Part shown: positions 28,800-32,000 of the stretch, piece after piece
How positions within the stretch are numbered: the stretch's first letter is position 1
Layout: the number at the start of each line of letters is the position of its first letter
Source: Mycoplasmoides pneumoniae FH
Lineage (GTDB): Bacteria; Bacillota_I; Bacilli_A; Mycoplasmatales; Mycoplasmoidaceae
Length of the DNA stretch: 32,000 nt
Reading direction: 5' to 3'
Assembly: GCF_001272835.1 (NCBI RefSeq)
Contig: NZ_CP010546.1
Coordinates: forward strand, 512,809 to 544,808
Notes under the pieces: model-generated
Told to the model about the DNA's origin: nothing
Database searches by the model: none
The model's input: the letters and a program-made list of their open reading frames with translations, nothing else
Translations under genes and position numbers: made by a program

Positions 28800-31700
28800 T
28801 TAATAATCAAGATTAAAATCCCCACCGTTTTCCATTAGTTCATCATCCAAGATACTAGAGAGGTTAGAGGTTTTATCTGGAGTTAAAGTTTCAAAATCAA
28901 AGTCATCTAACTTCATTGGATCTAATGGCTCTAACCCGTGGATGTTCATGCTGCTTAACTGATGATCAAACCCATCTAAATCAAGGTTTAACCCACTGTC
29001 TAGGTTTTGGTAGACAAACTCATCCAATTGTTCATTGGACATCTTGTCAAAGCTACTGGAGAAGTCCAAGAGATCTTCAATAATGGCTTGCGGTTCAGTC
29101 TCAAAGCTAGACAATGTTTCCATGCTGTTTAACAATAAAGGATCCTTTTCCTTCTTGTTAAAGCGCAACACACTGTCTAGCTTCGCCATCCCGTTTAAAA
29201 CAGTATCACTGCAGAGCTTATAAACGGCTTTAAGTTCTTTTAGCGTAATCTGGATGTTTTTAATCTTGCTTTCGTTTTCCAAGATCGCTTTTTGAATGTT
29301 GCGCACTAACTCACCGGACTTTTGCAATTGTTCGTAACTGTCACTTGGACGGTGAGCAATCGTAAAGTCGTTGGATAAAGAGCGTAGCAGTTCATCCTTT
29401 TGGTACACCGAAAGGTCTTTAGCGTTTAAAAACTCCGCTTTGAGCTGTTCGTTTTCTTCAATTAAGCGGGTCAATTCGGCTTGTAATTCCTTTTTGATTA
29501 ACAAGAAGCGGTTGGTAATGTCGGTTTTGGAATTAGTAATAAAGTCACTAATTTGGACAAACGACTTTTTGACCACCATTTGGTAACTTGACATTTTAAA
29601 GATGTCATCGAAGTTAATGGCAGGGTTAGAACGACCTTGCTTTAACTCGGCAATAATGCTGTTAATGTCGCTGTTGGCAAACAGATTAATTTCAGTAGTT
29701 GGCTGTAACTCCGTTGTTCTGAGCTGTTCTACCATCACTGGCATGAGTGGTTTGACTGGTTGTTGTACCACATCAACATTTGATGAAGCCTCTTTGGTTT
29801 CCACTGGTGGAGTGTCGACAAAGATTTCGATCGCAGGTGCACTTTCGACAACTGGGGTAGTTGGTGTTGAAATTGTTGGCTCTACTACCCGGTTGACCGT
29901 TTGTATGTTAATGCTAGATACAGCAGGTGGAACAGGAACTGTTTTCGGTTCGCTTACTCGTCATACAACCTCACTGTTACTGTGACAGTGGGTCTTGCTT
30001 TCCATACCCACTTCTGGTGGGGTAAAATCATCAAAGCTGTGGGTACCGACAGCACCGTGTTGATTGTGCTTAAAGTCCACAACCTCAACTAATGGTAAGT
30101 CAGATGAAGTTGTATTATTGAGTTCAATTTCAAACAGTGGTGGGGCAATTGTTGGTTCAACTGGACTGGTTGTAACGGTAGGAGTTGATTCCGCCACTTC
30201 AATTTTAATTGGGGTAGTTGGTTGTACTGGTGCAGTCTGTGGTTGGTTTTTTACTGTATCGGTGAGATGTAAGACATAATCCATATCAGCAACGGGTGCT
30301 ACTGCTGGTTGAGGTTCTGCGGTAGCGGTAGCTTGGCTTTCTACTACTGTTACTGGAATTACTTCTGGTTGTTCAACAGGAGCAGCTTCTGGAGTTAGAT
30401 TCCATTCATAAACCGCTGGTTGAGGTGCAGCTTGTGGTTGTGGTTCAACTACTGGGGTTGGTTCAGCCACAGCTTCTTGAACAGTTTCAACAACTGGTTC
30501 TGGTTGAACTTCTACAGGGGTTTCAGGTTGTGGTTCAACTACTTGTTCCACTTCTACAACAGGATTTTCAGGTTGAACTTCTAAAACTGAAGCTACTTCC
30601 GGGGTTGTAATTACTTCTGGTTGGACTTCCACAGGTTGTTCTGGTTGTGGTTCAACAATCGGTTCTACAGCTACTTCTGGTTGAACCATTTCAGATTGAA
30701 CTTCTGCAACTGGAGTCGATTCCACAACCACTTCTGGTTGAACTTGTTCCGTTGGAATTAATTCAGACACACCTGCCACAGCTGGTTCTACTGGAAGTGG
30801 CTCGGCAACAGCTTCCGGTTGATGTTCTACAACAGCTACTACAGGCTCTGTAACTACCTGAGGTGTAATCTCTGCAATAGTTTCAACAACTGGTGTTGGT
30901 TCAGTTTGTTGTGCTTCTGTAACTGGCTCTGCAGCTGCTTCTGGTTGAACCATTTCAGATTGAACTTCTGTAACTGGTTCTGGTTGAAGCTCTACTGCTG
31001 ATTGTTCAGCTGGAATCTCTGGTTGGGTTTGTACAGCTTGTGGTTCAACTTGTTCCAATATTGGTGCAGTTTCTCCAATTGGATCTAGACTTACTTCTAA
31101 TTGTGGCTCTACAGCTACTTCTGGTTGAACCATTTCAGCTTGAACTTCCACAGGTTGTTCTAGTTGTGATTCAACAATTGGTTCTACAACTACTTCTGGT
31201 TGAATTTCTACTGCTTGTGGTTCTACTGTTGCAGTAGTTTCTCCCACCGGTTCTACAGCTACTTCTGGTTGAACATCGTAAACAGGCTCAGCAGCTACCT
31301 CTGGTTGTACCTCATAGCTAGGTTCAGCAACTTCTGGTGCTGGTACATCTGCTTCCAAACCAAAGTCTTCTGAAGCTGTAGGTGTGGTTTCAATGTTATC
31401 CTCAAAGCCAAACTGTTTCTCTTCCGCTTCGGTTTGGGGTAAAGTCGAGATCCATTGATCACCCTCAAAGTAACCAGATCAAACCCACTCCCCAGCTTCA
31501 TCATAGTAACCATAAGCCTCATTACCGACATACTGAAGGTAATCCGGTTCTGCTTCGGTTTGTTCCTGTTCCCCCGCTAAAACTTCCACTGTTGGTGCAT
31601 CAGCAAACACGAACGGATTACCATTGGCGTCAAACAACACGCTAATGTCGTATTCCGTGTCACCATAAGGATCATAGTAAACTCCAGTTTCACTGTTAAA

Positions 31701-31856
31701 GGCAATGTAATAACCATTGCCATCACCGTCATAGGCAATCTTGACTTTGCCATCTTGAACAGTTAATTTACCATCGTACAAATTACCAAAGATCTGTTCG
31801 GGATTTTCCTCAGTGTAATCCTTGTCTTCAAAAACTGCTTCTTTGCTTTTCTTCAT
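28800..31856 (-). CDS. hmw1: Cytadherence accessory protein HMW1, 1018 aa
   Basis: ORFs 28800..29804, 29961..31358 and 31479..31856 are in one frame through TGA. Architecture matches HMW1: acidic aromatic N-terminus, central Pro/Glu/Val/Gln-rich repeats, coiled-coil-rich C-terminus. Confidence 0.96.
29961..31340 (-). repeat. Degenerate Pro/Glu/Val/Gln-rich coding repeats in hmw1
   Basis: Recurrent variants of [16 protein letters not shown] and [15 protein letters not shown]. Confidence 0.9.
31452..31544 (-). other. EAGR-box-like segment (enriched in aromatic and glycine residues) of HMW1
   Basis: Protein [31 protein letters not shown], resembling the EAGR box known from terminal-organelle proteins. 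Confidence 0.8.
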
Positions 31857-31865
31857 GAAAAAAGA

Positions 31866-31883
31866 GCTTACAAAAGTGTAAGC
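31866..31883 (-). promoter_or_regulatory. Inverted repeat in the hmw1 leader
   Basis: GCTTACA CTTT TGTAAGC: perfect 7-bp stem, 4-nt loop, 9 nt upstream of the ATG. Confidence 0.6.
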
Positions 31884-31896
31884 ATGGTTAACTTTG

Positions 31897-31902
31897 ATTA
31901 TA
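31897..31902 (-). promoter_or_regulatory. Candidate hmw1 -10 box (TATAAT)
   Basis: Minus strand TATAAT about 40 nt upstream of the hmw1 ATG. Confidence 0.55.
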
Positions 31903-32000
31903 AAACTTTCTTTAAGGCCTTATCTTTTCCATGAGAGGTTGTATACCCTTAAATAATTTCTTAAATTATTTTCAGCAATCCTAATTAAGGGCTTAAACAA

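Noticed and set aside
30647-31645. Series of Leu/Gln/Val-rich plus-strand ORFs opposite hmw1
   Set aside because: Low-complexity reverse reading of the hmw1 Pro/Glu/Gln repeats; no start context or family.

Overview
The window matches Mycoplasma pneumoniae (or a near-identical strain), roughly MPN427 to MPN447. This identification comes from recognising the proteins; no database was searched. UGA must be read as Trp (genetic code 4), so most genes are split in the supplied standard-code ORF track. I re-joined them by hand, checking that the interrupting codons are TGA in a shared frame. Content, left to right: a HAD/Cof-type hydrolase (+); pta, pgk, gap, ecfT and two ecfA genes (-); dnaK (-) with its CIRCE operator; a multipass membrane protein (-); a tandem triplication of an MG307-type lipoprotein gene of about 3.7 kb (-); a DEAD-box-like RNA helicase (-); a divergent large lipoprotein paralog, MG309-type (-); an alpha/beta hydrolase (+); rpsD (-); and hmw1 (-). 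The most interesting region is 10371-27235. It holds four related giant lipoprotein genes or remnants and one helicase gene, all on one strand. Copy 1 is intact. Copy 2 is disrupted only by a 1-nt insertion in an A/T(7) tract. Copy 3 carries a -2 shift at a C/G(7) tract, a +1 shift at an A/T(6) tract, and a TAA stop. Two A/T(16) tracts lie at the same distance (39-40 bp) from the stop codons of copies 3 and 2, in the intergenic regions upstream of copies 2 and 1. This suggests a homopolymer-driven variation or gene-conversion system, but gene decay remains the simpler explanation. No CRISPR, rRNA, tRNA or transposon was recognised.
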